Source: Escherichia phage DCP80
DNA: 64,000 nt
Sequence record: PQ671644.1
Reading direction: 5' to 3' (one strand)
Shown here: positions 18,261 to 27,414 of the stretch, in pieces
How the letters are laid out: every line of letters starts with the position of its first letter
Position numbering within the stretch: position 1 is the stretch's first letter
Notes under the pieces: model-generated
Database searches by the model: none
What the model saw: the letters and a program-made list of their open reading frames with translations, nothing else
Told to the model about the DNA's origin: nothing
Position numbers and translations under genes: made by a program

Positions 18261-18677
18261 ATGATGTACGAAAGACATATCAAAATCATCAACATCATTG
18301 ATAAGTATCGTGGTGAAGAACATGTGTATGGATTAAATGATTGTAATATCCTTGTAGCAGATGTTATCGACGCACTATGTGGAACGGAGTATGCTGATAA
18401 ATTACGTGGAAGTTACGACAGCATAATCTCAGGGATGATTGTTGCAAAGGAAAAGGTTGGATTCTCCAACGCAAGACAAGCTCTTGTTAAACACGGTGAA
18501 AAAGTTGATTATCCGATGAACGGTGATTTCTGTATCATCAAGCACTTGAATGAAGGGAAAACCTTTTACGCAACAACCATTTATTGGAATGGGAAGGTTC
18601 TTCTAGAGAAAGATAATCATTATCAATGGTGTCTTTTTGAAAAAGACAATTACAAAGAATTCTTTAAGGTGGTATAA
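18261..18677 (+). CDS. Tail-tip protein with an NlpC/P60-like Cys motif (gpK position)
   Basis: The [15 protein letters not shown] motif resembles the catalytic Cys region of phage NlpC/P60 tail proteins. Lies upstream of the J-like gene. Confidence 0.45.
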   Translation: MMYERHIKIINIIDKYRGEEHVYGLNDCNILVADVIDALCGTEYADKLRGSYDSIISGMIVAKEKVGFSNARQALVKHGEKVDYPMNGDFCIIKHLNEGKTFYATTIYWNGKVLLEKDNHYQWCLFEKDNYKEFFKVV

Positions 18678-18678
18678 A

Positions 18679-21600
18679 ATGGCAGTAGTAGCTATAGGTG
18701 TAATTGTTGCAGCGGCATCAGCAGGTGCTGCAGCGGCGGCCGCTGGTTTATCAATAGCATTATCTATTGGTATCGCCGTTGCAGTTGGTGCGTTAAACGC
18801 ATTAATGACATACAGCATGATGAATCAACAATCAGCAAGCTTCAACTCTCCTGATACTGGTTCAACATTAGGGACAGCAAGTAACCCAAGCACAGTTCTC
18901 CCGTTAGTTTATGGCGAACAACGTGTTGGTTCTATTGCAGTTTGGAAAGCTCTTGACAACCAAGACAGACGTCGCCTGGTACAAGTGTTTGCTGTTGCTC
19001 AGGGTGAAATTGATGGATTCAAACAGCTCTATATGGACAACAAGAAAATCTTCCGTGATGATTTGTTCTTCCGTAATGGCGTTGTGCAGAATGGACAGAT
19101 TCTTGACATCTATAAAAAAGCTGTTGAAGTTGAATTTGGTTGTGGTGGTCCAGGTCAGAAAGCTTCTGTTCTTGCTCAGAAATATCTGGGTAAAGGCGAA
19201 TGGCCAGATACAATGACCGGTAACAACGTTGCATGGTGTGTTATTGTTATGTACAAATCCAACGACCAGTTACAAGACGGTGTTGACATCCTCCAGCCAC
19301 AATCACAAGTTGCTCTGGATATTGTTGGGAAGAAAATCACAGACCTTACAACAGGTGTAGTTGGTCCATCTCAGAACGGTCCATCTCAGGCATACGATTA
19401 TTTCGTAACCCCAACCGGCCGTGGTGGTCTTGGAATCTCTGGTACTAAACTGGATATTGATTCCTTCCGTGAAGCTGCGTTTAAAGTATCAGGAGCCAAG
19501 CTTTATTCCAATGGTACGTTTGACCCGAACGCAACTGCTAAAGAAAACCTGACACAGCTGTGTGGTAGTTTCCAAGGATTTTGTTTAACTCAATTCGGTT
19601 TAATCTCTCTGGTTATTGATGAACCAGCTCCAGTTGCATGGTCTTTTACAGAGAACGAAGTTGAATTAAAAGATGTTTCCCTGAAAGATGGTGAATCGGA
19701 AAAAGACTGGAACGTATTAAACGTGTCTTATCAGGAACCTCGTCTTGATTACTCCAGCCAGATTCTGCGTTATCCTTCTGTTATTACCCCAGAATGGATT
19801 CAAGCAAACGGTGACCCGAAATCAAAAGACATTGAGTACAAATTTGTTAAAGATAAAGCACAGATTGATAAGTTAGCTTCTATTGAACGAAACAAAATGA
19901 GCCTGACTCGTAGCGTTACTTTCAGAACGTTTGCAACTTATACAGTACAAGTTTGGGACGTTATCGAATTTACTTTCGAAGAATTCAATCTTAACAAATC
20001 TAAATGGCGCGTAACTTCTGTTAACCGTGATGCAATCGGTGGTACCTTCGGTGCTGTAACGATTCAAGCATCAGAGTATAACGAACAAGTATACACCAAT
20101 ATGGATTTTGCTAACAACCCTAACTATAACGAATCAAACATTCCTAACGTTGGAGTTCTTCAGCAGCCAACCAATCTTCGTTGTCGTGCTGTAATGGCTA
20201 CTAACTTTGGTACAAGCTTCCTCGCAACATGGGACGCTATCCAAGATTACAACCGTATCGGATTCCGTGTAGAGTACAAACGCTCCGGTTCAAACAACTG
20301 GATTAACGGTGGTACGACTTCATATAATGAATTCCGTATCGAAGGTCTGGTTATGAATGATGGTGAGCTGATTGATGTACGAGTTTGTGCATACGGTTTG
20401 TTCGGTCGTTCAGAATGGGTAACACTGCAAGCTTCACAAGAGATTCCATATGACCTCCCAGGAGTCACAGGATTGCGTCTGGTGAACAATGCCGGTAATG
20501 CTAACACTACACTAGATAAAGACTTTATCTTCGCATGGGACGACCAGGGCGACCAGATACTGACAATTGATGGTGAGCGTGTGAAGTACAACCAAGTGTT
20601 CAGTCATTATCAGATTTATGTAACAGTTAATAACGTTGTACGTACCTACGTTACCAAAGATGTTGGATTCACGATTTCTTATGAAATCAACCGTGATATT
20701 GCTGGTATTGCTAAACGTGATGTTAAGATTGAAGTGCAACCGATTGGTGTACAACGCCGTTCAGGTCCTAAAGTTGGAATGACAGCAAGGAACAACCAGG
20801 CAACTGCGATTCAGAACTTCAACGCTACTCCAGGTTTTGGTTATATCGTTTGTTCATGGAATGACCCGATATCAATTCCAGATTGGGCAGGTACACAGAT
20901 TCAGTTCAGTAAGACTCCAGGATTTGAGACTCCACTTTATGCAACAACTTCCGACCGCTTCCAACAGTTTGTAGATATTGATGATGGCGATTACTATGTA
21001 AGAGCTGGTTGGTTTGACGTGTTCGGTGTTGATAATGAAATGGTTCTCTCCCAACCGATTTTTGTTTCTCTGAAATCGAAGGTGGACTGGACGCAGCAAG
21101 ACCAAGACCAGATTGATGACCTGTTGAACTTAACAGACCGTCTTGACCAGGCGATTGCTGATGCTCTTCTGTTAGCTGGACAACAAATGACAATCATGGA
21201 AAATCGTATCAACGAAACAACTGATGCGAAGATTTTAAATTCCAAAGCAACAACCCTTACTGAAGCTGGTGAGATGATTGCACAGCAGATTAACATTGTT
21301 AACTCTAACATGGATGAAATGTCTGCAACAATCACCAAACTTGACCAAGCTGTAACGTCTCCGACAGGTTCGGTTGCAACGCAGATTAATCAGGTTAAAG
21401 CTGAAATGGGTTCACAGATTGCATCGGTTGACCAGGAATCTAAAGCAAGTATCGATAAGTTAACAGGGGATATTAACTCCAGTTATTCATTAGCAGTTAA
21501 TGCTAATGGTCGTGTAGCTGGTATGAAGTTAATCGCTTCTAATGACCCAACTAAAGATACTGCAATCTATTTCACCGCAGACAAGTTTGCGATTACTTCT

Positions 21601-22437
21601 CAGACAGCTGGTGGAACAACGATTATTCCGTTTGCAGTACAAAACGGTCAGGTGTTTATGAACAGCGCATTGATTGCTAACGCATCAATCGGTTCAGCTC
21701 AAATCGCCAACGCAGCTATTAACAATGCTAAGATTTCTGATGCGGCTATCAACACAGCCAAAATCCAGGATGGAGCCATCACTAATGCTAAAATTGTTAA
21801 CGGTGCGATTGATAACGCTAAGATTGGTCAGTATATAAGAAGCAACGACTTTGTATCAGGTTCTCGTGGATGGAACATAGATAAAAGTGGTTATGCTGAA
21901 TTCAACAACGTAACAGTTCGTGGTAACATCTACGCGAATAATGGATTATTCAGAGGACGTATCGAAGCTACTGACGGTTATTTTAGTGGTACTGTTTACG
22001 CTAACAAAATCGAAGGTGATATCGTTACACCTGAGCGTGGTACAGTTGGATTGGACTTCCGTTGGGAAGGTGACCTCAGTGGTACAAGAAGAGTAATGCA
22101 ATTCGCCGGTGCTGATTATAAACGATTCCTGGATTCAAACTTAGTGTTAAGGATTTATGCTACATGGGAAAACAACGAATTCCGTGTTTATAGTTGTTCT
22201 TCAGCTGGTCATAGAACCGAATTGTTCTACTATCGTAACCCAGGACCATATGCAGGTGTTAAGGATTTCAGACTACAAGGTGTACCATTAGAACAGGCTG
22301 GTAGAGCTGGGTCTAACTGGATTGAAGTAACAAATACGGCGAATAGAAACGCTAGATACGGTTGGTTTACAACTGATGGAACAAGTACATCTTATGTTTG
22401 CGCATATCGTGCAGGTTCACAACGTTTAGTTATATAG
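18679..22437 (+). CDS. Tail tip / host specificity protein (lambda J-like, 1252 aa)
   Basis: Start moved to the ATG after SD aaggtgg (M15 of the track ORF). Hydrophobic Ala/Gly-rich N-terminus, FN3-like middle region and a C-terminal A.I..A.I repeat ([37 protein letters not shown]). Confidence 0.75.
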   Translation: MAVVAIGVIVAAASAGAAAAAAGLSIALSIGIAVAVGALNALMTYSMMNQQSASFNSPDTGSTLGTASNPSTVLPLVYGEQRVGSIAVWKALDNQDRRRLVQVFAVAQGEIDGFKQLYMDNKKIFRDDLFFRNGVVQNGQILDIYKKAVEVEFGCGGPGQKASVLAQKYLGKGEWPDTMTGNNVAWCVIVMYKSNDQLQDGVDILQPQSQVALDIVGKKITDLTTGVVGPSQNGPSQAYDYFVTPTGRGGLGISGTKLDIDSFREAAFKVSGAKLYSNGTFDPNATAKENLTQLCGSFQGFCLTQFGLISLVIDEPAPVAWSFTENEVELKDVSLKDGESEKDWNVLNVSYQEPRLDYSSQILRYPSVITPEWIQANGDPKSKDIEYKFVKDKAQIDKLASIERNKMSLTRSVTFRTFATYTVQVWDVIEFTFEEFNLNKSKWRVTSVNRDAIGGTFGAVTIQASEYNEQVYTNMDFANNPNYNESNIPNVGVLQQPTNLRCRAVMATNFGTSFLATWDAIQDYNRIGFRVEYKRSGSNNWINGGTTSYNEFRIEGLVMNDGELIDVRVCAYGLFGRSEWVTLQASQEIPYDLPGVTGLRLVNNAGNANTTLDKDFIFAWDDQGDQILTIDGERVKYNQVFSHYQIYVTVNNVVRTYVTKDVGFTISYEINRDIAGIAKRDVKIEVQPIGVQRRSGPKVGMTARNNQATAIQNFNATPGFGYIVCSWNDPISIPDWAGTQIQFSKTPGFETPLYATTSDRFQQFVDIDDGDYYVRAGWFDVFGVDNEMVLSQPIFVSLKSKVDWTQQDQDQIDDLLNLTDRLDQAIADALLLAGQQMTIMENRINETTDAKILNSKATTLTEAGEMIAQQINIVNSNMDEMSATITKLDQAVTSPTGSVATQINQVKAEMGSQIASVDQESKASIDKLTGDINSSYSLAVNANGRVAGMKLIASNDPTKDTAIYFTADKFAITSQTAGGTTIIPFAVQNGQVFMNSALIANASIGSAQIANAAINNAKISDAAINTAKIQDGAITNAKIVNGAIDNAKIGQYIRSNDFVSGSRGWNIDKSGYAEFNNVTVRGNIYANNGLFRGRIEATDGYFSGTVYANKIEGDIVTPERGTVGLDFRWEGDLSGTRRVMQFAGADYKRFLDSNLVLRIYATWENNEFRVYSCSSAGHRTELFYYRNPGPYAGVKDFRLQGVPLEQAGRAGSNWIEVTNTANRNARYGWFTTDGTSTSYVCAYRAGSQRLVI

Positions 22438-22442
22438 TAAAA

Positions 22443-22458
22443 GGGGACTTCGGTCCCC
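22443..22458 (+). terminator. C(UUCG)G hairpin
   Basis: ggggacttcggtcccc, 6 nt after the stop codon. Confidence 0.55.
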
Positions 22459-22471
22459 TTAAGGATAGGAA

Positions 22472-22933
22472 ATGGAAGTAATGAGTTTGGCTGCATTTGT
22501 AAAATTAGTTGGTTGGTTAGTAGGAGCAATTGCTTTTGTTGTCGGTTCAATCTGGAGCGTAGGTAAAGGCATAGGTGCTATCAAGGGAAAGTTTATTGAT
22601 AACCCAATCAAGGAAGTTAAAGACGAAGTTAAAGCTTTACAGGATAATCTTTCTGAAGTTGAAAAGAAGATTGAATCTGTGGATATCAAACAGCAAGCTC
22701 TGATTGATTCTATCAAGACCAATAGTGATATGACAATGTTGCATATCGAAAAGATTTCAACACAGATGGATGGTATGAAGGAGTTAGTATTATCAAAGAA
22801 TGATGAAGTAAACCGCAGGCTGGCCGAGACTGAAAAACGTCAACAAGACCAGATTAATGAATTTCTGAAAGCTGCACTGGCTAAGGGAATTTCCAACAAC
22901 GTAAACTTTTCCGGAGACCAACGTGTACGATGA
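22472..22933 (+). CDS. N-terminally membrane-anchored coiled-coil protein (weak holin-like topology candidate)
   Basis: One N-terminal TM segment (LAAFVKLVGWLVGAIAFVVGSIW) followed by a soluble coiled-coil domain. The topology recalls T4 holin T. No sequence motif was recognised. Confidence 0.4.
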   Translation: MEVMSLAAFVKLVGWLVGAIAFVVGSIWSVGKGIGAIKGKFIDNPIKEVKDEVKALQDNLSEVEKKIESVDIKQQALIDSIKTNSDMTMLHIEKISTQMDGMKELVLSKNDEVNRRLAETEKRQQDQINEFLKAALAKGISNNVNFSGDQRVR

Positions 22934-22958
22934 GTTCGATGGATTCTAAGAGGTTATT

Positions 22959-23426
22959 ATGAAAGCAATAGAGTACAAACATATGTTATACGAAAGACAA
23001 CATGGAATTTGTCTGCTATGTAAACTTCCGCTTGAAGATGTTAAAAGTTCCCATCTAGACCACGACCACGCTTTAACAGGTCCTAATGCTGGATTCTGCC
23101 GAGGACTTCTATGTCCTAGTTGTAACGTCTTGGAAGGAACTTTGCTGCATAAATTCAACAGAAGTGGATTAAAAAGTAAAACAACCTTTACAGCTTATCT
23201 TAATAACCTGCTATCTTATTATGCAAATCCACTGCATGAAAAGATACACCCTAATTTTATTAGAGATAAGGTGAAGGCTGTTTCACGGATGAGCAATCAA
23301 AGTATCATAGCTGAAATTGAAAAACTGACCTTTAACCTCCCAGCTGATAAGTCAAAGAAAGGACTTGTCAGTTTCTATCGTAAGGCTCTTAAGAAGTCCC
23401 TGGAGGACGTATGTCTGCAAAGTTAA
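22959..23426 (+). CDS. 49: Recombination endonuclease VII (T4 gp49 homologue)
   Basis: Matches the remembered T4 gp49 sequence: C..C....HLDHDH.LTGPNAG.CRGLLC..CN..EG, HKFNRSGLK and IHPNF. Confidence 0.88.
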   Translation: MKAIEYKHMLYERQHGICLLCKLPLEDVKSSHLDHDHALTGPNAGFCRGLLCPSCNVLEGTLLHKFNRSGLKSKTTFTAYLNNLLSYYANPLHEKIHPNFIRDKVKAVSRMSNQSIIAEIEKLTFNLPADKSKKGLVSFYRKALKKSLEDVCLQS

Positions 23427-23584
23427 AGGTTAATAAAGATTTACTAAAAAAAGTGCTCATGGCGGCCCTGATAAGCTCCTTGGTATGGAATCATATAGTA
23501 TCACCTATAATTCTAATAACCACAGGTGTAAGTATCACGATTCCGATGCATGAAGTACTTCAACCGTTAATGCTATTACTATAA
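23411..23584 (+). CDS. Small membrane protein (57 aa)
   Basis: Strong SD ggagg 5 nt upstream of the ATG. Hydrophobic core VLMAALISSLVW...SPIILITTGVSITIP. Below the ORF-track size cutoff. Confidence 0.35.
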   Translation: MSAKLKVNKDLLKKVLMAALISSLVWNHIVSPIILITTGVSITIPMHEVLQPLMLLL

Positions 23585-23592
23585 GGAATGAT

Positions 23593-24144
23593 ATGAGAGA
23601 CCCTAATAAAGGTAAAGCTCGGAAGGTCAAGGAAGACCTTCAAAAGTGGGCGATTAAGGAAGATGACGTTTTCAGTAAGAAATTAACAAAGGCTTCCAAG
23701 CTGGCATCAGTTCAGTTACAGAGATATATCAACGGTAACATCAAAGGAGGTGCAACACCTTTTACACAGAAAGCAGTGGGATTCCAATTTAGATATGATA
23801 AGTTTGGTTCCTGGAACAGAATCTATATAAGAGATGCACAAGCGGCTTATCTTGGTGACCTGATTGATGATGACAAACGCTTTAAGAAGTTTGTACCAAT
23901 CGCTGGCAGGAACACAAACAAGTTCGGTAACATAATTGGTTTAAGGAATTTCAGAAACCTTATTCCCGTTAAACAGATGCATAACGGACGAATGAGAACA
24001 ATTCTCATCAAGCCATCAGCTAAAGGTATAAAAAGATTCGTTGCTGTACAGAAGGAAATTTCCCCACGGAAAACATTAGGTTCATGGAAAGAAATGGAAA
24101 AGAGAATGATAAATAACATTAACAGAGTCATTCACTCCAAATAA
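23593..24144 (+). CDS. Hypothetical basic protein (183 aa)
   Basis: ORF only. Confidence 0.5.
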   Translation: MRDPNKGKARKVKEDLQKWAIKEDDVFSKKLTKASKLASVQLQRYINGNIKGGATPFTQKAVGFQFRYDKFGSWNRIYIRDAQAAYLGDLIDDDKRFKKFVPIAGRNTNKFGNIIGLRNFRNLIPVKQMHNGRMRTILIKPSAKGIKRFVAVQKEISPRKTLGSWKEMEKRMINNINRVIHSK

Positions 24145-24157
24145 ACTAAGGATTAAC

Positions 24158-24457
24158 ATGTACAAGTACAGATATTATAACGAAGAATCATTACTAACGT
24201 TAAAGATAAACGGTGTGAATCCACCAGGTTGTTCATTACCAGAACCAGCTAAAAGTTTAAAGAAATTCCAGAAGGTAAATGATAACGATTACTTTGCTGT
24301 GTCAACTTTGTTCAAGACACCAAAGGTTTCTTATAAGAAAGGGGAAGTTGTTAAACTAGAAGGATTCCCGTTAAGGAGAGAGGCTGTGTGTATCGGTGAT
24401 TTGTTACACACAGAGAAGGGGTACAGAATTAAAAGTTATATCTTCCAATTCTGTTAA
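24158..24457 (+). CDS. Hypothetical protein (99 aa)
   Basis: ORF with SD aagga. Confidence 0.45.
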   Translation: MYKYRYYNEESLLTLKINGVNPPGCSLPEPAKSLKKFQKVNDNDYFAVSTLFKTPKVSYKKGEVVKLEGFPLRREAVCIGDLLHTEKGYRIKSYIFQFC

Positions 24458-24464
24458 TTTTAGT

Positions 24465-24776
24465 TTAGTTGAGTTTTTTACAATTAGTTATCAATAAACC
24501 GTTGACATAGAATTCACGTTCCCCACCACGAATCCATGTACCATACATGATTCCATCTCGTTCACGTTTCAGAGCAGGGATTTTCTTCCCGTCGATTTCA
24601 ACAGAACTAGAGCGCAAAGGTGGTGAACGGAATTCCTCTGAACTGAAAGATTCGATAACTGTAACGAACTCCACTTTAATCTCAGGACTGTAACACTGGA
24701 ACTTTTGTACTTCCATTGCATAACTTGATGCAGAGATAAGAAGCAATGATGCGATGATTGTTTTTAAAGTTTTCAT
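24465..24776 (-). CDS. Secreted/periplasmic protein (103 aa)
   Basis: Signal peptide MKTLKTIIASLLLISASSYA followed by a cleavage-like site. Confidence 0.5.
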   Translation of the reverse strand: MKTLKTIIASLLLISASSYAMEVQKFQCYSPEIKVEFVTVIESFSSEEFRSPPLRSSSVEIDGKKIPALKRERDGIMYGTWIRGGEREFYVNGLLITNCKKLN

Positions 24777-24868
24777 ATAGTCTCCAAAGTAATAATCTTA
24801 TTTAGTGTTTCAATAGTATAAGATAAGTATAACACATAAATTCTAAAGCGTAAACCTAAGGAGGTTTT

Positions 24869-25333
24869 ATGTCAGAAGCTTTTAACATGCTGATGAAAGA
24901 TGAAGGCATCGAGTATCATCTTTATAAATGCACGCAAGGATACTGGACAATCGGGATTGGTCATATGATTTCCCGTGATAAACAAACAGCTGAACGATTC
25001 CTTAATGAGAAATTTGGGAAGTGTGTAATAAGTAAGGAGCAGGCTATCCAGTTGTTCAAGCAAGATTATAATCATGCAGTATTAGGTGCACAGAGTATCG
25101 TAAGATTAGACACCTACCGTGAATTAGCATTGTCTAATATGGTTTTCCAGATGGGACTTGGTGGTGTACTGAAGTTCAAGAAAATGATAGCTGCACTGAA
25201 GATACAAGACTGGAACGAAGCTTATAAGCAGGCTTTAGATTCTACATGGTATAAACAAACACCTAATCGTGCCAAACGTGTGGCCGAGGTACTAAGAGAT
25301 GGGAAACAAGCATATGTCAAACATTACTCCTGA
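24869..25333 (+). CDS. e: Lysozyme (T4 gp e family endolysin)
   Basis: Aligns with T4 lysozyme: DEG....Y.....GY.TIGIGH, NMVFQMG and WY.QTPNRAKRV. Confidence 0.92.
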   Translation: MSEAFNMLMKDEGIEYHLYKCTQGYWTIGIGHMISRDKQTAERFLNEKFGKCVISKEQAIQLFKQDYNHAVLGAQSIVRLDTYRELALSNMVFQMGLGGVLKFKKMIAALKIQDWNEAYKQALDSTWYKQTPNRAKRVAEVLRDGKQAYVKHYS

Positions 25334-25526
25334 AATGATTGCTGAACTATACGTTGAGAATCATAACTTAAAGCGTCAATTCAAAGCTGCTAACGATTTC
25401 GTCGGGCAGGTAGCCATGGCTCTCCAGATGGATTCTGAAGACTCTATCGTAACTTATGAAGCATTGTCTAACAAGTTAGCTTCCGCGCTCGCCGGGGCCT
25501 CCCAGGGCGTCCAGGAAAAGCAATAG
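25299..25526 (+). CDS. Hypothetical protein (start uncertain: 25299 or 25314)
   Basis: ORF overlapping the lysozyme 3' end. No TM segment. Confidence 0.35.
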   Translation: MGNKHMSNITPEMIAELYVENHNLKRQFKAANDFVGQVAMALQMDSEDSIVTYEALSNKLASALAGASQGVQEKQ

Positions 25527-25533
25527 TTACTTT

Positions 25534-25569
25534 CCGGGGGCCCCCTCCCCGGGATGTTACGCCCACCCA
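25534..25569. other. GC-rich symmetric island, candidate cosN-like site or terminator
   Basis: ccgggggccccctccccggg contains the g5c5 palindrome and a ccgggg/ccccgg inverted repeat. It is the only strongly GC-rich stretch here and lies about 200 bp upstream of the Nu1-like gene, followed by an A-tract-rich region. Confidence 0.35.
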
Positions 25570-25693
25570 TTCTTCTGTTTACCAGAAATTTTTTTGGGAT
25601 AGCTAACACAACTTTATAATTATAAAATATTTTTTAAAATTAAAAATAGTTTTGAAAATAAATTTTGATTTTAAAATTAATTTTACAATTCAT

Positions 25694-25707
25694 GAACTTA
25701 TAAGTTC
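25694..25707. promoter_or_regulatory. Perfect 14-bp palindrome gaacttataagttc upstream of the small terminase gene
   Basis: Lies 53 nt upstream of the ATG at 25760, inside a phased A/T-tract region (25575-25755). Confidence 0.35.
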
Positions 25708-25759
25708 TTAATTTCTAAAAGATTTTCAAGAGCTTTTCCAAAACTGATGAGGAATTAAA

Positions 25760-26251
25760 ATGTCAACCAAAGACCCGATTTATCTTAACCAAAAACAAAT
25801 CTCCGAATCCTACGGAGTTACGCGCCAGACGATTGCAGAGTGGCAGAAGCGTGAAAATCCAATTCCGTGGATTGCTGGACGGGGATATCCGATGCCTGAT
25901 GCCGGAGTTTGGATTGCAGAAAATTTTATAAAAACTTTAAGACAGAACAACGAAGCACAGGATTTTAATTATCACAAGACAAGGAAGATGGCAGCAGAAG
26001 CGGACATTGCTGAAAGGGAAAACATGCTCGAGGCGCAATCCGTTATCAGAACAGATTTCGTAGAAGAGGAGTTAAGGAATTTTGTTACAAGAGTTAAGGA
26101 AACCCTCCGCGTCATTCCATTGAAGTATGCAGAAGATATTGCTATAAGAGCAACAAGCACATCAGAAGTTAAGAAGGCATTAAGGGAAGCGATTGATAAA
26201 TCCCTGAACGAGATTGACCTGTTGATGTTGTTTGAAGAGCATGAAGAATAA
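25760..26251 (+). CDS. Terminase small subunit, lambda Nu1-like
   Basis: The N-terminal wHTH LNQKQISESYGVTRQTIAEWQKRENPI resembles lambda Nu1 VNKKQLADIFGASIRTIQNWQEQGMPV. YHKTRKMAAEADIAERENM resembles YERHRLTRAQADAQELKNA. Confidence 0.7.
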   Translation: MSTKDPIYLNQKQISESYGVTRQTIAEWQKRENPIPWIAGRGYPMPDAGVWIAENFIKTLRQNNEAQDFNYHKTRKMAAEADIAERENMLEAQSVIRTDFVEEELRNFVTRVKETLRVIPLKYAEDIAIRATSTSEVKKALREAIDKSLNEIDLLMLFEEHEE

Positions 26252-26271
26252 TCCATTCCCCCAATAAAAAA

Positions 26272-26287
26272 GGGACCCGAAGGTCCC
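26272..26287. terminator. Bidirectional hairpin between convergent genes
   Basis: aaaaaagggacccgaaggtccctta. Confidence 0.7.
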
Positions 26288-26292
26288 TTACG

Positions 26293-26532
26293 TCATTCCC
26301 ACTTAATCGTTGCTACTCGCTCATACACGAGACGTAAATCAATCTTTCCTTTTACGGTATATGTTCTTTGAACTTCCCCTTGTGCTTCCACTGTGAGGCT
26401 ATCAATTAATTCATCGTTTTGATACAATCGATATAGGTTTTTCTGACGGTTTGAAATTGTTAAAGTACGTTGAACTTCTTCTTTAGTATCTTCCAATTTA
26501 TGGAGAGCTTTTAGACTAGTTGATTCGTACAT
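26293..26532 (-). CDS. Hypothetical protein (79 aa)
   Basis: ORF with SD aaggaaa. Confidence 0.5.
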   Translation of the reverse strand: MYESTSLKALHKLEDTKEEVQRTLTISNRQKNLYRLYQNDELIDSLTVEAQGEVQRTYTVKGKIDLRLVYERVATIKWE

Positions 26533-26549
26533 AGTTTTCCTTTTTAAAG

Positions 26550-26563
26550 GGGACCGAAGTCCC
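26550..26563 (-). terminator. C(UUCG)G hairpin on the minus-strand transcript
   Basis: Plus strand gggaccgaagtccc. A T-run follows on the minus strand. Confidence 0.6.
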
Positions 26564-26890
26564 TTATGCGTATAAGTGTTTTTCTTTCTTACGAAGACAG
26601 TTTTCAGAAGCTGTCAGGAGCTGCAAGTTACTTGGAGCGTTGTTCTTGCGGTTAAAATCGATATGGTCAATGTGCATACCCTCAGGAACTTCAGAATCGT
26701 TATCAAGCATCCACACGATTCGGTGAGCATACTCGTTATTATGAACCGGGTGGAAAACATGGATATAACCAGAAGGTAATTCGTAACCAGCTTCTTTGCC
26801 AGCGTGCTTACCAGTGGTGTAAATCAGTTTGTCATCAACGATTGCATAGTGAGCTTTAACGATGTCGAGAGTAATTTTAGTACGTGCCAT
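26564..26890 (-). CDS. HNH endonuclease (108 aa), late-expressed
   Basis: AHRIVWML....PEGMHIDHIDFNRKNNAPSNLQLLTASEN (HNH_3-type). Has its own TATAAATA promoter and is convergent with the Nu1-like gene. Confidence 0.8.
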   Translation of the reverse strand: MARTKITLDIVKAHYAIVDDKLIYTTGKHAGKEAGYELPSGYIHVFHPVHNNEYAHRIVWMLDNDSEVPEGMHIDHIDFNRKNNAPSNLQLLTASENCLRKKEKHLYA

Positions 26891-26910
26891 TTGATATACC
26901 TTTTAAAAAT

Positions 26911-26932
26911 GAAGCACCGGAATTGATGCTTC
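26911..26932 (-). promoter_or_regulatory. Conserved 5'-leader hairpin, copy A
   Basis: mRNA gaagca-tcaattccgg-tgcttc, downstream of TATAAATAAAAGTATGAAAAC. The stem covaries with copy B while the loop is identical. Confidence 0.5.
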
Positions 26933-26947
26933 GCGTTTTCATACTTT

Positions 26948-26955
26948 TATTTATA
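26948..26955 (-). promoter_or_regulatory. T4-type late promoter TATAAATA
   Basis: The reverse complement reads gTTATAAATAaaagtatgaaaac, 58 nt upstream of the start at 26890. Confidence 0.7.
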
Positions 26956-26969
26956 ACAGCTTTTCGGGC

Positions 26970-27152
26970 TTATTCAGAAGTCAGAATAAATTTTTGATAC
27001 TGTTTACCAGTTATCTTGTATCTGATGAAGTTGAACAAATCGAACAAATATCCAAGAGGAATCAGAGCAATCAGAAGTGGTGCCATGATGAACATCAGGA
27101 TTGCTTGGATAACAAACAGAATTGTTTCACCCAGAAATTTTAAAATAAACAT
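26970..27152 (-). CDS. Small membrane protein (60 aa, 2 predicted TM)
   Basis: Hydrophobic ILFVIQAILMFIMAPLLIALIPLGYLF. Confidence 0.5.
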   Translation of the reverse strand: MFILKFLGETILFVIQAILMFIMAPLLIALIPLGYLFDLFNFIRYKITGKQYQKFILTSE

Positions 27153-27164
27153 AGTTCTCCCGTT

Positions 27165-27178
27165 GGGGCCGAAGCCCC
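27165..27178 (-). terminator. C(UUCG)G hairpin (intercistronic)
   Basis: Plus strand ggggccgaagcccc. Confidence 0.45.
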
Positions 27179-27185
27179 AGATAAG

Positions 27186-27350
27186 TTAGCGAATTGATTT
27201 TTGTTCTTTAGCGCGATTCTTAATACCAAGTCCTTGCATCGTGGCTTCGATAACCTCGATTGCTTTAACACGTTTTTCATACTCTGCCAGAGTGATTTGT
27301 TTTTTGGCGAATTGTACATAAAGGGCAGACATAGCTTCGTAACTGTTCAT
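27186..27350 (-). CDS. Hypothetical protein (54 aa)
   Basis: Start moved to M18 of the track ORF. The longer ORF would run through its own promoter and leader. Confidence 0.45.
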   Translation of the reverse strand: MNSYEAMSALYVQFAKKQITLAEYEKRVKAIEVIEATMQGLGIKNRAKEQKSIR

Positions 27351-27368
27351 AGGATTTCTCTTTAAAGG

Positions 27369-27390
27369 GAGACACCGGAATTGATGTCTC
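27369..27390 (-). promoter_or_regulatory. Conserved 5'-leader hairpin, copy B
   Basis: mRNA gagaca-tcaattccgg-tgtctc, downstream of TATAAATAAATGTATGAAAAC. Confidence 0.5.
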
Positions 27391-27406
27391 GTTGTTTTCA
27401 TACATT

Positions 27407-27414
27407 TATTTATA
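27407..27414 (-). promoter_or_regulatory. T4-type late promoter TATAAATA
   Basis: The reverse complement reads gTTATAAATAaatgtatgaaaac. Confidence 0.7.

Noticed and set aside
25299-25526. Spanin or holin role for the ORF overlapping the lysozyme 3' end
   Set aside because: It has no TM segment, signal peptide or lipobox. It is only a soluble coiled-coil-like sequence.
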